The notes beneath the pieces are model-generated. The model was not told where the DNA came from. It ran no database searches and saw nothing but the letters and a program-made list of their open reading frames with translations. A stretch of DNA of 64,000 bases from Bacteroidales bacterium (GTDB lineage Bacteria > Bacteroidota > Bacteroidia > Bacteroidales > UBA7960), in assembly GCA_019429365.1 (NCBI GenBank), contig JAHYJD010000002.1, positions 21,347 through 85,346 on the forward strand, written 5' to 3'. Shown here piece by piece: positions 17,812-27,294 of the stretch. The translations under genes and the position numbers were made by a program. Numbering within the stretch: position 1 is the first letter of the stretch; each line of letters begins with the position of its first letter.

Positions 17812-20397
17812 ATGAAAAGAAAAAAAATTGTACAATTTACTGCATTGTTTATGGCCATCATCGCACTCACAGCCTGTTCAGGCAAACAAACCAAAGAGAT
17901 AAACCTTTCTGGGGGATGGCATTTCCGTCAAGCTGGAGGTGAAACCTGGCTGAAGGCTACTGTGCCGGGCACCGTGCACGACGACCTGCTTTTTCACCAA
18001 ATAATTCCGGACCCTTTTATCGGCACCAACGAAGACCTGGTGCAATGGGTCGAAAAAGAAGACTGGGAGTACCGCACTATTTTTAAAGTGCCCCGGGCCT
18101 TGCTCTATCACGATGCCATTGTACTCGATTTTAAGGGGCTCGACACTTATGCCGATGTTTTCCTTAACGGGAAGAAGATACTGGAAGCCGACAATATGTT
18201 TCGGGCCTGGGAGGTTGATGTAAAAAATGAAATTAAAAGTGGTGAAAACGAACTTCTCATATATTTTCATTCGCCTGTTAAGCGGGGTCTGGAAAAGCTT
18301 CAGCAACTCGACTACCTTCTTCCGGCCGAAAATGAGCAAGCTCCCGAAGGTGAACGGACCAACATTTTTTCCCGCAAAGCACCTTTCCATTATGGCTGGG
18401 ACTGGGGCCCGCGCCTGGTGACCAGCGGCATTTGGCGCCCGGTTACCCTCAAAGCCTGGAGCAATGCCCGCATTACCGACCCCTACCTGGCTACCGACTC
18501 CATAAATGATCATTTTGCTTTCGTAAAAATGAATGTGGTGCTCGACATTCTTCAAACAGGCGACTACCTATTGATCACCCGCCTCGACCAGGAAGAAATC
18601 AGCCGCCTTCCTTTGGCTGAGCTGGGCCCAGGAAAATTTCCAGTAAACCAAACCTTGCCAGTTCCGGATCCAAAGCTCTGGTGGAGTAACGGACTGGGAG
18701 AGCCCTATTTGTATAAAACCGAATTTGTACTTGAAAAAAATGGCGAAACAATTGATACTTACAGCCTCGATTTCGGAATTCGTACTTTGAAACTGGTGCA
18801 GGAACCCGACGATGTGGGGCACACCTTTCATTTCGAACTGAACGGAGTACCCGTGTTTATGAAGGGCGCCAATGTGATTCCCTCCGAAACGCTTACCCCG
18901 CGGCTTACCCGCGAAAGGCACGAGCAACTGATTGCTGATGCGGTAGATGCCCATATGAACATGTTACGCGTGTGGGGAGGTGCCATTTACAAAGACGATA
19001 TTTTTTATGAACTCTGCGACCAGAATGGGATCCTGGTATGGCAGGATTTTATGTTTGCCTGCGCCCTGCAACCGGGCGATGAAGCCCACCTGGAGAATAT
19101 CCGCAAAGAAGCCGAATACAACGTGAAGCGCCTGCGCAACCATGCCAGCATTGCCCTGTGGTGTGGCAACAACGAAAACCTGCACGGATGGCATGCATGG
19201 GGCTGGCAAGATTTGTACACTCCGGAGCAGCGTGCCTTTGTTTGGCGCACCTACGAGCGCATCTTTCATGAAATATTGCCGGAAGCCGTTGCCCAATTCG
19301 ACCCCAAAACCACCTATCACTCCTCCTCCCCTTCGTCGGTGGGCAACACCCTGGCCGACCGCCGCTCGGGCGACGAGCACGACTGGACCGTTTATTTCGG
19401 GCAGGCGCCCTTCAGCAATTACGAAAAAAATGTGCCCCGTTTTGTCAGCGAATACGGACTGCAGTCGTTTGCCAACATGGAAACCATTCGCTACTTTGCC
19501 AGCGATGATTCCCTTTGGGTTAACGCTCCAATACTCGACCACCGCCAGCGCAGCCGCATGGAATGGCATTCGCCAGGCTTCAACGGAAACCTCATGACCG
19601 AGTGGTATGCGCAACAATATTTTCCTGAAACCAAAACGTTCGAAGAACTGGCTTTTGTCAGCCAACTGGTTCAGGCAAAAGCCTATAAAACGGCCCTGGA
19701 AGCCCACCGCCGCAACATGCCGCATTGCATGGGCTCGCTCTACTGGCAGCTAAACGACTGCTGGCCCACCACCTCTTGGTCAACCGTCGATTATTTCGGC
19801 AACTGGAAAGCCAGCCATTATGCCGTTAGAAAAGCAAACCAGGCGGTTATTGTCAGCCCTGCCCTTGAAGACGGAATGGTAAAGATTTATGTGGTTTCTG
19901 ACCTGCTCCAAGAGGTGCCTGCCAAACTGAAGTTCACACTTATTGACCATAACGGAAATATTTTAAAGGAGGCAGAAACAGAAATAATGGTGAAGCCCAA
20001 TCAAAGCAAGGTCGCTTTCGCGGAAAGCCTTGAAACCCTGCAACTGGCCGACAATAATGACTGGTTTTTACATGTCAGCATTATTGGAGAAGACATAAAC
20101 CATGAGAACATCCTTTATCCAATGCTGCCCCGTGAGCATGACCTTCAGCCCTTCTCAATAGAATACAAAATAAGAAAAGTTGACGAAGGGATTGAAATCG
20201 AGCTCTTCTCAACCGGCCTGATCAAGGGCGTGTATCTTGAAGCAGAGAATATGGGAGCCAGGTTCTCTGATAATTATTTCGACCTGCTGCCCGGCATCCC
20301 AAAAATCATCAGCGTAAGCGGAAAAAAGGAGCCCGGCAGGATAACCTACACCAGCCTGAACAACATACGGTTTGGAGACTCGCCATTGAAGCTTTGA
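17812..20397 (+). CDS. GH2 beta-mannosidase, lipoprotein
   Basis: 861 aa. Signal peptide with Cys (LTACSG). GH2 acid/base WCGNNE and nucleophile SEYG segments. Confidence 0.8.
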   Translation: MKRKKIVQFTALFMAIIALTACSGKQTKEINLSGGWHFRQAGGETWLKATVPGTVHDDLLFHQIIPDPFIGTNEDLVQWVEKEDWEYRTIFKVPRALLYHDAIVLDFKGLDTYADVFLNGKKILEADNMFRAWEVDVKNEIKSGENELLIYFHSPVKRGLEKLQQLDYLLPAENEQAPEGERTNIFSRKAPFHYGWDWGPRLVTSGIWRPVTLKAWSNARITDPYLATDSINDHFAFVKMNVVLDILQTGDYLLITRLDQEEISRLPLAELGPGKFPVNQTLPVPDPKLWWSNGLGEPYLYKTEFVLEKNGETIDTYSLDFGIRTLKLVQEPDDVGHTFHFELNGVPVFMKGANVIPSETLTPRLTRERHEQLIADAVDAHMNMLRVWGGAIYKDDIFYELCDQNGILVWQDFMFACALQPGDEAHLENIRKEAEYNVKRLRNHASIALWCGNNENLHGWHAWGWQDLYTPEQRAFVWRTYERIFHEILPEAVAQFDPKTTYHSSSPSSVGNTLADRRSGDEHDWTVYFGQAPFSNYEKNVPRFVSEYGLQSFANMETIRYFASDDSLWVNAPILDHRQRSRMEWHSPGFNGNLMTEWYAQQYFPETKTFEELAFVSQLVQAKAYKTALEAHRRNMPHCMGSLYWQLNDCWPTTSWSTVDYFGNWKASHYAVRKANQAVIVSPALEDGMVKIYVVSDLLQEVPAKLKFTLIDHNGNILKEAETEIMVKPNQSKVAFAESLETLQLADNNDWFLHVSIIGEDINHENILYPMLPREHDLQPFSIEYKIRKVDEGIEIELFSTGLIKGVYLEAENMGARFSDNYFDLLPGIPKIISVSGKKEPGRITYTSLNNIRFGDSPLKL

Positions 20398-20440
20398 AAA
20401 ATTTACCTGAAACCAATTCTGCTGGTAAACTTATAAATGT

Positions 20441-20486
20441 ATAAAATAAAAAAACACGAACTGTTCTATTGCGGACAGTTCGTGTT
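20441..20486 (-). terminator. Intrinsic terminator after the efflux operon (shared hairpin for the convergent mannosidase gene)
   Basis: Perfect 12-bp stem AACACGAACTGT/ACAGTTCGTGTT (20453-20464 / 20475-20486), 10-nt loop, followed on the minus strand by a T-rich run (complement of 20441-20452). Confidence 0.75.
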
Positions 20487-20516
20487 CACTACTGAACGAG
20501 AATATTGAAACCCAGA

Positions 20517-21695
20517 TTACTGGCTAAAATGTTTCAGATTGGCGATCACTTTGTGCAATTGCCGGTCGGTTTCGAGCATCATGTTCACCGCCTCATAATA
20601 AAAACCCAGCTCAAGCATATAATCTATCAGCGAGATTTGTCCGGCTTCCAGTGCTTTAAGCAGCAACCCGGAATTATCGAGGTTTTGTAACATACTGCGA
20701 TAGTTGAGCGACAATTCCTGCAGCGATTTGGCCTGATCGTACATGCCTTTCAGCTGGCTGAAGTACCTTGTTTCAATATCGGTTTGGCGCTGCTGCATGG
20801 CCTCGGTGTGCAAGCGGGCATATTTTACCGTATTTCTGTTTTCCCATAAAGGGATGGAAATGCCCATTCCAAATCCGGCAAAGCGTTCTGCAGGCAACGC
20901 CTCCACCATGTAGCCTGCCGAGAATGACGGCAGCCAGGCCGCCCTTGCAAGGCGTTCCTCCTGCCTGCTAATGGCAATTTGCTGGGCAGCGCCCAGCAGA
21001 AAGGGATTGCTGGGGGCGGCCTCCTCAAACCATTCGGCAAACACACCTGGAATCTGCGGAACTGGAAACTCCTTTTCTGACACTTCCAGTTCGATCCCCC
21101 CATTAAGGGCCTGCAATCGGGCCAGCAAAGACGCGCGTTCCACAGCGTTCAGTTCTGAAGCCTTTCGTGAGTTAAACAGGTTGATCTGCGCCTTGTTGTG
21201 CTCCAGGATGTTCACCTCGCCGGCATTGAGCATGGCCTCGTATGAACGGGCAATATTGGCGGCATGTTCCAACCTGATTTCAAGCTCCCGCCCAAGGGCA
21301 TTAAGGTAAATCAGGTCAATTACAATCTGGTGCGCTTCAAGCAGAACATCCTGCCTATGCTGAAGATATTCATAATCGAGCTGCTGATTAAGCGCCCGCG
21401 AGAGCTGGTTTTTCCGGCCCAGGAGAGTAGGAAAATCGAAGGGCTGCACCAGGTTGAAGTTGGTGCGCTGCACCTGCTCGTCGCGGTTATTGAGCAAGTA
21501 AAGATCCATCTCGGGGTTGTGCAGAAAAATTCCGGTGCGGTTACCGGTCTTTTCTGCTTCCACCCGGCTGCGCAGGGCTGAAAGGGTTGTATTGTTCTTC
21601 TCCACCTCCTGCAATACCCTTTCAACAGGCGATTGGGCATTTAGAATGAAGGGAAGCCCTGTAACCAGCAAAAACAACATAATTAACTTTCTCAT
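20517..21695 (-). CDS. TolC-family outer-membrane efflux protein
   Basis: 392 aa. Signal peptide and a two-repeat OEP-like helical sequence. 4-nt overlap with the RND gene. Confidence 0.8.
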   Translation of the reverse strand: MRKLIMLFLLVTGLPFILNAQSPVERVLQEVEKNNTTLSALRSRVEAEKTGNRTGIFLHNPEMDLYLLNNRDEQVQRTNFNLVQPFDFPTLLGRKNQLSRALNQQLDYEYLQHRQDVLLEAHQIVIDLIYLNALGRELEIRLEHAANIARSYEAMLNAGEVNILEHNKAQINLFNSRKASELNAVERASLLARLQALNGGIELEVSEKEFPVPQIPGVFAEWFEEAAPSNPFLLGAAQQIAISRQEERLARAAWLPSFSAGYMVEALPAERFAGFGMGISIPLWENRNTVKYARLHTEAMQQRQTDIETRYFSQLKGMYDQAKSLQELSLNYRSMLQNLDNSGLLLKALEAGQISLIDYMLELGFYYEAVNMMLETDRQLHKVIANLKHFSQ

Positions 21696-24600
21696 AATTC
21701 ATCCTTTTTTAGGGGTCTCTTTGCAGCCAGCAGGCTATACACCACGGGTACCACATAAATATTCAAGAGCGTAGAAGTTAGTAGGCCGCCAAGGATAACC
21801 TTTGCCATGGGGCTCTGAATCTCATTTCCTGAAAGGTGGCCTTGCAAAGCCAGGGGTATAAGGGCAAGGGCAGCAGTAAGTGCGGTCATCAGAATGGGGT
21901 TCAGGCGATCGACCGAACCAAGTAAGACTGTTTCTTTCAGATCGGCGCCTTCGTCCTGAAGGTTTTGGTAGCGCGACACCAGCAAAATGCCATTGCGCGT
22001 GGCAATACCAAAAAGGGTAATAAACCCGATAATAGCCGGAATGCTGAGAATGCCCGAGGTAAAATAAATGGAGAACACGCCCCCTATAAGCGCCAGCGGA
22101 AGGTTGATCAGTATTATGCCCGCCAGCCTGAGGTTGCGGAATTCCTGGTAAAGCAATAAGAAGATGATAAATATTGCCATAATGGAGGTTAGCAGCAAGG
22201 TTTGGGAAGCCCGGGCCTCGCTCTCAAACTGGCCGCCATACTCAATTCGGTAGCCTTCGGGTAAAACAATTTGCTGCCCAACAGCCTCCTGAATATCGTT
22301 CACAGCTCCAAGCAGGTCGCGGCCTGCCACGTTGGCCGACACCACCACTTTGCGTTGCACATTTTCGCGGCTGATGGAGCTGGGTCCTGTGGCCGAAACG
22401 ATCTCGGCCACCTGGTCGAGCGGTACCTTGCGCCCATCATGGGTATCTATTAAGGCTGAGCGGAATCCATCCATGGAGGTGGTGTAGTCCTGATTCAGCT
22501 TTAAAATCAGGTCGAAACGTTGCTGGCCTTCATATATGTCGCCAATGCGCTCACCAGAAAAGGCCAGTTCCACGAATTCGTTGAACTCTCCAATGGTAAT
22601 GCCGTAATGGGCCAGCATATCTCGGTTGGCGCGGATCTGCAGTTGAGGCACTTCCACCTGCTGCTCCACGTTCACATCTACCAAGCCTTCAATATCGCCA
22701 ATGGCAGCAGCAATCTGTTTCCCGACATTGTACATTCTACCCAGGTCGGTGCCAAATATTTTTATGGCAATGTTGGCGCTGGTGCCAGATAACATATGGT
22801 CGATGCGGTGACCCAAGGGCTGCATCACCATAAAGGCTATGCCGGGTATTGCCGAAAGCTTCTCACGCACCTCGGCTACCAACGATTCATTGCTGCGACC
22901 ATTCAACTCGTAGTTTACGTCAATCTCGGCACTATTTACGCTTTGCGAGTGTTCGTCGAGTTCTCCCCTGCCTGTACGACGGGCGATACCCGTCACCTCA
23001 GGAATGGATAGCAGTTCTTTTTCAATCAGATAGCCTATATCGTTGCTTTGTTCGAGTGAAGTCCCTGGCCGACTCACTGCGCCAATGGTAAGGGAACCTT
23101 CATTAAACTCGGGCAGGAAAGACCGGCCCAGGGTGGTGAAAACCACCATGGAAACCATAAAAAGTCCAAGAGCAGAAAAAATGACCAGCCTGCGATGGCC
23201 CAGCGCCCATTGAAGGGAGCGCTGATAGTAGTCCTTCAGATTTTTTGCCAGCCAGCGATCTTTTTCATGCTTCGAAAGGTAGCGGTCGTTGGTGAGCAAG
23301 AGTTTACACAAAAGCGGAATCAGCGTCATGGCAACCAGGAGCGATACAAAAAGCGACACTACATATGCGATGCCCAGCGGCCGGAGCATACGGCCTTCCA
23401 TCCCAGAAAGGAAAAACAGGGGAATAAAAGCCACGATAATGATCAGAGTGGCATTGAGAATGGAGGAGCGAATTTCCTTTGAGGTCTCAAACACCACCAT
23501 AAATTTAGACTTTTGCTCTCCGGCAGGCTTGCGGTAGTTTTCGCGCAAGCGCTTAAAAGCATTCTCCACGTCAATAATGGCATCATCCACCACCGAACCA
23601 ATGGCAATGGCCATGCCGCCAAGACTCATGGTGTTGATGTTTAACCCAAGTGCATTGAGCACCAGCACGGCACCCAGCAATGAAATGGGAATGGCTATCA
23701 AAGAAATGATGGTGGTGCGGAAACTGCCCAGAAACAGGAAAAGAATCACGACAACAAAAATAGCCCCTTCGACCAGGGCTTTCTGCACGTTGCGAACCGA
23801 ACGTTCAATAAAATCGGCCTGCCGGAAGATGCGCGTATCGATTTCCACATCGGGTGGCAGGGTTTGCTGCACGCTGGCAATGTTTTCCTCCAGGCGGCGG
23901 GTGAGCTCAAGGGTGTTTACATTGGGCTGCTTCGACACAGAAATGATTACTGCAGGGCTGGCATTCTTTGAACCATGACCCATCTTCAGGGCCGGGCCAG
24001 TAATCACCTCGGCCACATCGCGCACCCTCACTGGCTGGCCATTGGCCGACTTTATGAAGGAGTTGCCCAACTCTTCCAGGTCGTTGGTACGGGCTAAACC
24101 ACGCACCACATATTCGTTGCCATGCTGGCGCAGTACGCTGCCGGAAGAGTTGTTGCTGAAGTCGCGGCAAATACTGGCCAGTTCTGAAAGCGAAACATCA
24201 TAAAACTTCAGCAGGTATGGATCGGCCAGCACCTGGTACTGCTTATAGTCGCCTCCCACAATGGTCACTTGCGACACCCCGCTCGTGGCCAGCAGCATGG
24301 GTTTAATCACCCAGTCGGAAAGGGTTCGAAGCTCCATCATGGAAGTGCTGTCGGCTTGCACGCTGATAAACATAATCTCGCCCATTATGCTGGATTGCGG
24401 GGCAAGCATTGGCTGGCTCACGCCGAAAGGCATCTCGGCCGACACGGTAATAAGCTTCTCGCTGACGATCTGGCGGGCCAGAAATATGTCAGTGCCCCAG
24501 TCGAATTCAACCCATACAAAAGAGAATCCCTGCGAGGAGGCCGATCGCACGCGACGCACGCCGGTGGCACCGTTTACGGCCGTTTCTATGGGAAAGGTCA

Positions 24601-24793
24601 CCAGGCGCTCCACCTCTTCGGCAGCCATGCCATGGGCATCGGTCATTACCACCACGGTGGGCGCCGTAAGGTCGGGAAACACGTCGACATCCATGCGGCT
24701 GCCTGTGTATAATCCCCAAACAACCAGCACCAACGCCGTAAGAAGGATAAAAAACCGGTTCCTTAATGAAAACAATATGATACTGTCTAGCAT
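21692..24793 (-). CDS. Heavy-metal efflux RND transporter (CusA/CzcA family)
   Basis: 1033 aa, 12-TM RND layout. TM4 motif AIGSVVDDAIIDVEN is of the HME-RND type. Confidence 0.9.
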   Translation of the reverse strand: MLDSIILFSLRNRFFILLTALVLVVWGLYTGSRMDVDVFPDLTAPTVVVMTDAHGMAAEEVERLVTFPIETAVNGATGVRRVRSASSQGFSFVWVEFDWGTDIFLARQIVSEKLITVSAEMPFGVSQPMLAPQSSIMGEIMFISVQADSTSMMELRTLSDWVIKPMLLATSGVSQVTIVGGDYKQYQVLADPYLLKFYDVSLSELASICRDFSNNSSGSVLRQHGNEYVVRGLARTNDLEELGNSFIKSANGQPVRVRDVAEVITGPALKMGHGSKNASPAVIISVSKQPNVNTLELTRRLEENIASVQQTLPPDVEIDTRIFRQADFIERSVRNVQKALVEGAIFVVVILFLFLGSFRTTIISLIAIPISLLGAVLVLNALGLNINTMSLGGMAIAIGSVVDDAIIDVENAFKRLRENYRKPAGEQKSKFMVVFETSKEIRSSILNATLIIIVAFIPLFFLSGMEGRMLRPLGIAYVVSLFVSLLVAMTLIPLLCKLLLTNDRYLSKHEKDRWLAKNLKDYYQRSLQWALGHRRLVIFSALGLFMVSMVVFTTLGRSFLPEFNEGSLTIGAVSRPGTSLEQSNDIGYLIEKELLSIPEVTGIARRTGRGELDEHSQSVNSAEIDVNYELNGRSNESLVAEVREKLSAIPGIAFMVMQPLGHRIDHMLSGTSANIAIKIFGTDLGRMYNVGKQIAAAIGDIEGLVDVNVEQQVEVPQLQIRANRDMLAHYGITIGEFNEFVELAFSGERIGDIYEGQQRFDLILKLNQDYTTSMDGFRSALIDTHDGRKVPLDQVAEIVSATGPSSISRENVQRKVVVSANVAGRDLLGAVNDIQEAVGQQIVLPEGYRIEYGGQFESEARASQTLLLTSIMAIFIIFLLLYQEFRNLRLAGIILINLPLALIGGVFSIYFTSGILSIPAIIGFITLFGIATRNGILLVSRYQNLQDEGADLKETVLLGSVDRLNPILMTALTAALALIPLALQGHLSGNEIQSPMAKVILGGLLTSTLLNIYVVPVVYSLLAAKRPLKKDEL

Positions 24794-24806
24794 AATGTTT
24801 TAGGTT

Positions 24807-26306
24807 TTAGTGTACGTGACCAGCATGAGGGTCGAGTGCGGCCGAGGACTCGGCCAGTTTTACCCAAATGGCTCCTTTGGTAACCACACGGTCGGTAATA
24901 ACCAGGCCTTGCCTTATTTCGGTGCGAAGCCCATCGGTAACCCCAATGGCCACCTCGCGTTTGGCGAACATCTCAGGGGTGAGTTGAACAAAAACATAAT
25001 AGGTTCCCTGTTCTTCCATTAGTGCTTCACGCGGAATGGTGATAGCCTCCTGCTGGCTGCGGGTAATCAGGAAAAGCTCGGCAAATCCACCGGGAAAAAG
25101 GTCGCCGGTCTGGTTTACCTCCAGAAGGACGGGTATAAGGTAGTTGTCGGAATTGGCGGCCCTGCCCACCGACAGTATCCTTCCGCCAAGCTGCTCCAGT
25201 GTAAAGGTTTGCTCATGGTTTGGAATGCTGATGTTGGCCGTTTCCAGTGCGATGAGGTCGCGGGCAAAGCGCTGGGGCACACTGGCACGCAGCAGCAGCC
25301 GGCGGTTTTGCATCACACTGAAAAGCGGCTGTCCGGCCTCCACATATTGCCCATTCTCAACCAAAAGGTCTTTTACGATGCCAGCCATGGGGCTCGACAC
25401 CGTCTGACCTGCCTGGCTGAAATTGCGGTTGAGGTTTTCGAAAACGGCACGGGCATTTTCGTATTCGTTGCGGGCGTGCAAAAGTTCTCTTTCCGACACT
25501 ATCTGCTCTGAAGCCAACTCTTCGGCACGCTTCAAATCGGCACTGGCTTTCTCGTAATTGTTGCGTGCTTCAGTAAGTCGCAGGCCCATGTTATTATCGG
25601 CCAACCCACTGGAGCTAACGCTCATCAGGGGCCGTCCCGAGGCCACATTCATGCCGGGAAGCAGGGCGCCTGCAGAAAACAGGACCACCCCGCTTGTACG
25701 TGCCGTTACCAAAACCTCGTCGCCCTGCGCAGGAAGCACCTGTGCCGCAGTTCTTATTACCTGCCCAAAAGCCTCCTTTCGGGGGAGATCGGTGGCGAAG
25801 TTTACCTTCCACGACTGCTCCTTGGTAAAGACAATGGCGTTGGGGTCATTGGGCATCAATTCTTCGGCAGCATAAATGGCATCGTGGGCATCGTCGTAAA
25901 CCATTATGTTTGGAATGCTGATGCGATATTCCCCGGAAGGGGTTTTTACATCGAAAACTACTTGCCCTTGCCCTGCCGCCACCGGCTGAAGGCTGAAAGC
26001 GTAAATACCTTTTCTGACAGGAGTTTCGACCGTTTGCCGGATGCCCTCACGGCCCACGATAAGGCTTAAGGTCACTTCGGCATCTTCAAGCTGTTTGAAA
26101 TCAGCAAGCCGCGTAAAATGAGCATAAATGGCCGAATTTTGCCCCAAGGCAAAAGGGGTGGCTTCGGCAAATACTTCAAGGCCATCATTGTATCCGGTCA
26201 GAAACAAAAGAACATCATCGTGCGAATGATCGTGGTCATCCTGACCATTTTTGCAGCCACCAAAGAGCGTAAGCACGACCAAAAGGCCAGTTAATATTTT
26301 GTACAT
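24807..26306 (-). CDS. RND periplasmic adaptor (MFP), lipoprotein, His-rich termini
   Basis: 499 aa. Lipobox (LFGGC), HlyD/CusB-like barrel-sandwich/coiled-coil region. N-terminal DDHDHSHDD and C-terminal DPHAGHVH. Confidence 0.8.
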   Translation of the reverse strand: MYKILTGLLVVLTLFGGCKNGQDDHDHSHDDVLLFLTGYNDGLEVFAEATPFALGQNSAIYAHFTRLADFKQLEDAEVTLSLIVGREGIRQTVETPVRKGIYAFSLQPVAAGQGQVVFDVKTPSGEYRISIPNIMVYDDAHDAIYAAEELMPNDPNAIVFTKEQSWKVNFATDLPRKEAFGQVIRTAAQVLPAQGDEVLVTARTSGVVLFSAGALLPGMNVASGRPLMSVSSSGLADNNMGLRLTEARNNYEKASADLKRAEELASEQIVSERELLHARNEYENARAVFENLNRNFSQAGQTVSSPMAGIVKDLLVENGQYVEAGQPLFSVMQNRRLLLRASVPQRFARDLIALETANISIPNHEQTFTLEQLGGRILSVGRAANSDNYLIPVLLEVNQTGDLFPGGFAELFLITRSQQEAITIPREALMEEQGTYYVFVQLTPEMFAKREVAIGVTDGLRTEIRQGLVITDRVVTKGAIWVKLAESSAALDPHAGHVH

Positions 26307-26342
26307 TTCTAAAAATTTTTATCCATTAATAATGGTAAGGGC

Positions 26343-26370
26343 AAAAAACCCGGCAGCCTGATGCTGCCGG
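26343..26370 (-). terminator. Hairpin plus T-run between the His-rich gene and the MFP gene
   Basis: 8-bp perfect stem CCGGCAGC/GCTGCCGG (26350-57 / 26363-70), 5-nt loop, then TTTTTT on the minus strand (complement of 26343-48). Confidence 0.6.
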
Positions 26371-26391
26371 ATATTTCACCAAAAATTAAGT

Positions 26392-26646
26392 TTAGTGGGT
26401 ATGGGGTTTGCCTCCATCGTGGCTGTGGACCTCGCTGTCATGGTCATTTTCATGGTCATGATCGTGGTCATCGGCCACAAAATGCTCCTGATCGGGGGTG
26501 GCATGGTCGTGACTTTGGTCACAGTCGGCGGTGTGCACATGGGTGGTGCCATCGGCATGGGTGTGGGTTTCGGTTTGTTGGGTCGATCCACCGCAGGCAG
26601 CGCAAAGCATGCCAATTATGGCAAGAAGAAAAAATAGCTTTTTCAT
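26392..26646 (-). CDS. Small secreted His/Asp-rich protein (putative periplasmic metal-binding protein)
   Basis: 84 aa. Signal peptide with Cys, then 15 His in 66 residues (THTHADGTTHVH...DDHDHDHENDHDSEVHSHDGGKPHTH). Immediately upstream of the RND operon. Confidence 0.6.
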   Translation of the reverse strand: MKKLFFLLAIIGMLCAACGGSTQQTETHTHADGTTHVHTADCDQSHDHATPDQEHFVADDHDHDHENDHDSEVHSHDGGKPHTH

Positions 26647-26729
26647 GGGTTTTCTGTTTAAATGATTTTAAAAAAATAAAAGATGGACAACCTGAAAGGC
26701 TATCCCTGCAAAGGAAGCAGAATAATCAT

Positions 26730-27170
26730 TTAAACAGAAGGGGGCGCACGCAAGCCATGGCTGTGGCCTGTGCATTGAAGGTGAATAGTATTTTGGGGTG
26801 GATGTTGTCGGAAAGAGAGGCTTGGAATTGAAAAAATACCATCCGGATTCTGGGCAATGAGACCATCCTGCAAAAAAACCGGAAAACCTTTTTCTGCAGG
26901 AAGGCTGGCCGTTTCAAGATCGTGTCTGGAACTTTCGGGGTGAAACATAACCAGGTGATCAAGAACACAGCATTTCCCGTCGGTGCTGGCAGGCAGCTCC
27001 TTGTTGTGATCTTCGGGACAGGTTTCTTGGTCTGATATTTCGCAGCTATGGTGGTGATTCAACTCAAAGCACACCGCATCGCCGTGGTGGTGATGTGGAA
27101 CGACGCTGTGTGCCAGCAGCATTATACTGGCAAGGGCAGCAAAGAATATGGCGGTGAGTCGTTTAAGCAT
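26730..27170 (-). CDS. Hypothetical His/Cys-rich exported or membrane-anchored protein
   Basis: N-terminal hydrophobic helix, then PHHHHGDAVCFELNHHHSCEISDQETCPEDH...DGKCCVLDH. ATG 27170 is preferred over the track's TTG 27179. No family recognised. Confidence 0.5.
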   Translation of the reverse strand: MLKRLTAIFFAALASIMLLAHSVVPHHHHGDAVCFELNHHHSCEISDQETCPEDHNKELPASTDGKCCVLDHLVMFHPESSRHDLETASLPAEKGFPVFLQDGLIAQNPDGIFSIPSLSFRQHPPQNTIHLQCTGHSHGLRAPPSV

Positions 27171-27242
27171 GCTTCTCAAATAATTGGAGCAAAATTACGA
27201 ATAAATTTAATTAATCCTTAGCAGTTTTTCTCGCTAGCCTCG

Positions 27243-27277
27243 AAATAAAAAGGGCACCGCTCTCGCAATGCCCTTTT
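27243..27277 (-). terminator. Intrinsic terminator after dcp
   Basis: Stem AAAGGGCA/TGCCCTTT (within 27247-27277), followed on the minus strand by TTTTATTT. Confidence 0.6.
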
Positions 27278-27294
27278 GAACTGTTTTTAAGGAA

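Noticed and set aside
26361-26831. ORFs 26361-26831 (+), 26376-26615 (-) and 26395-26637 (+), overlapping the His-rich gene.
   Set aside because: These are alternative-frame or antisense readings of the CAT/CAC-rich His tract, giving Met/Val/Gly-rich strings. The signal-peptide-bearing minus-strand frame 26392-26646 is the only one with protein-like organisation.
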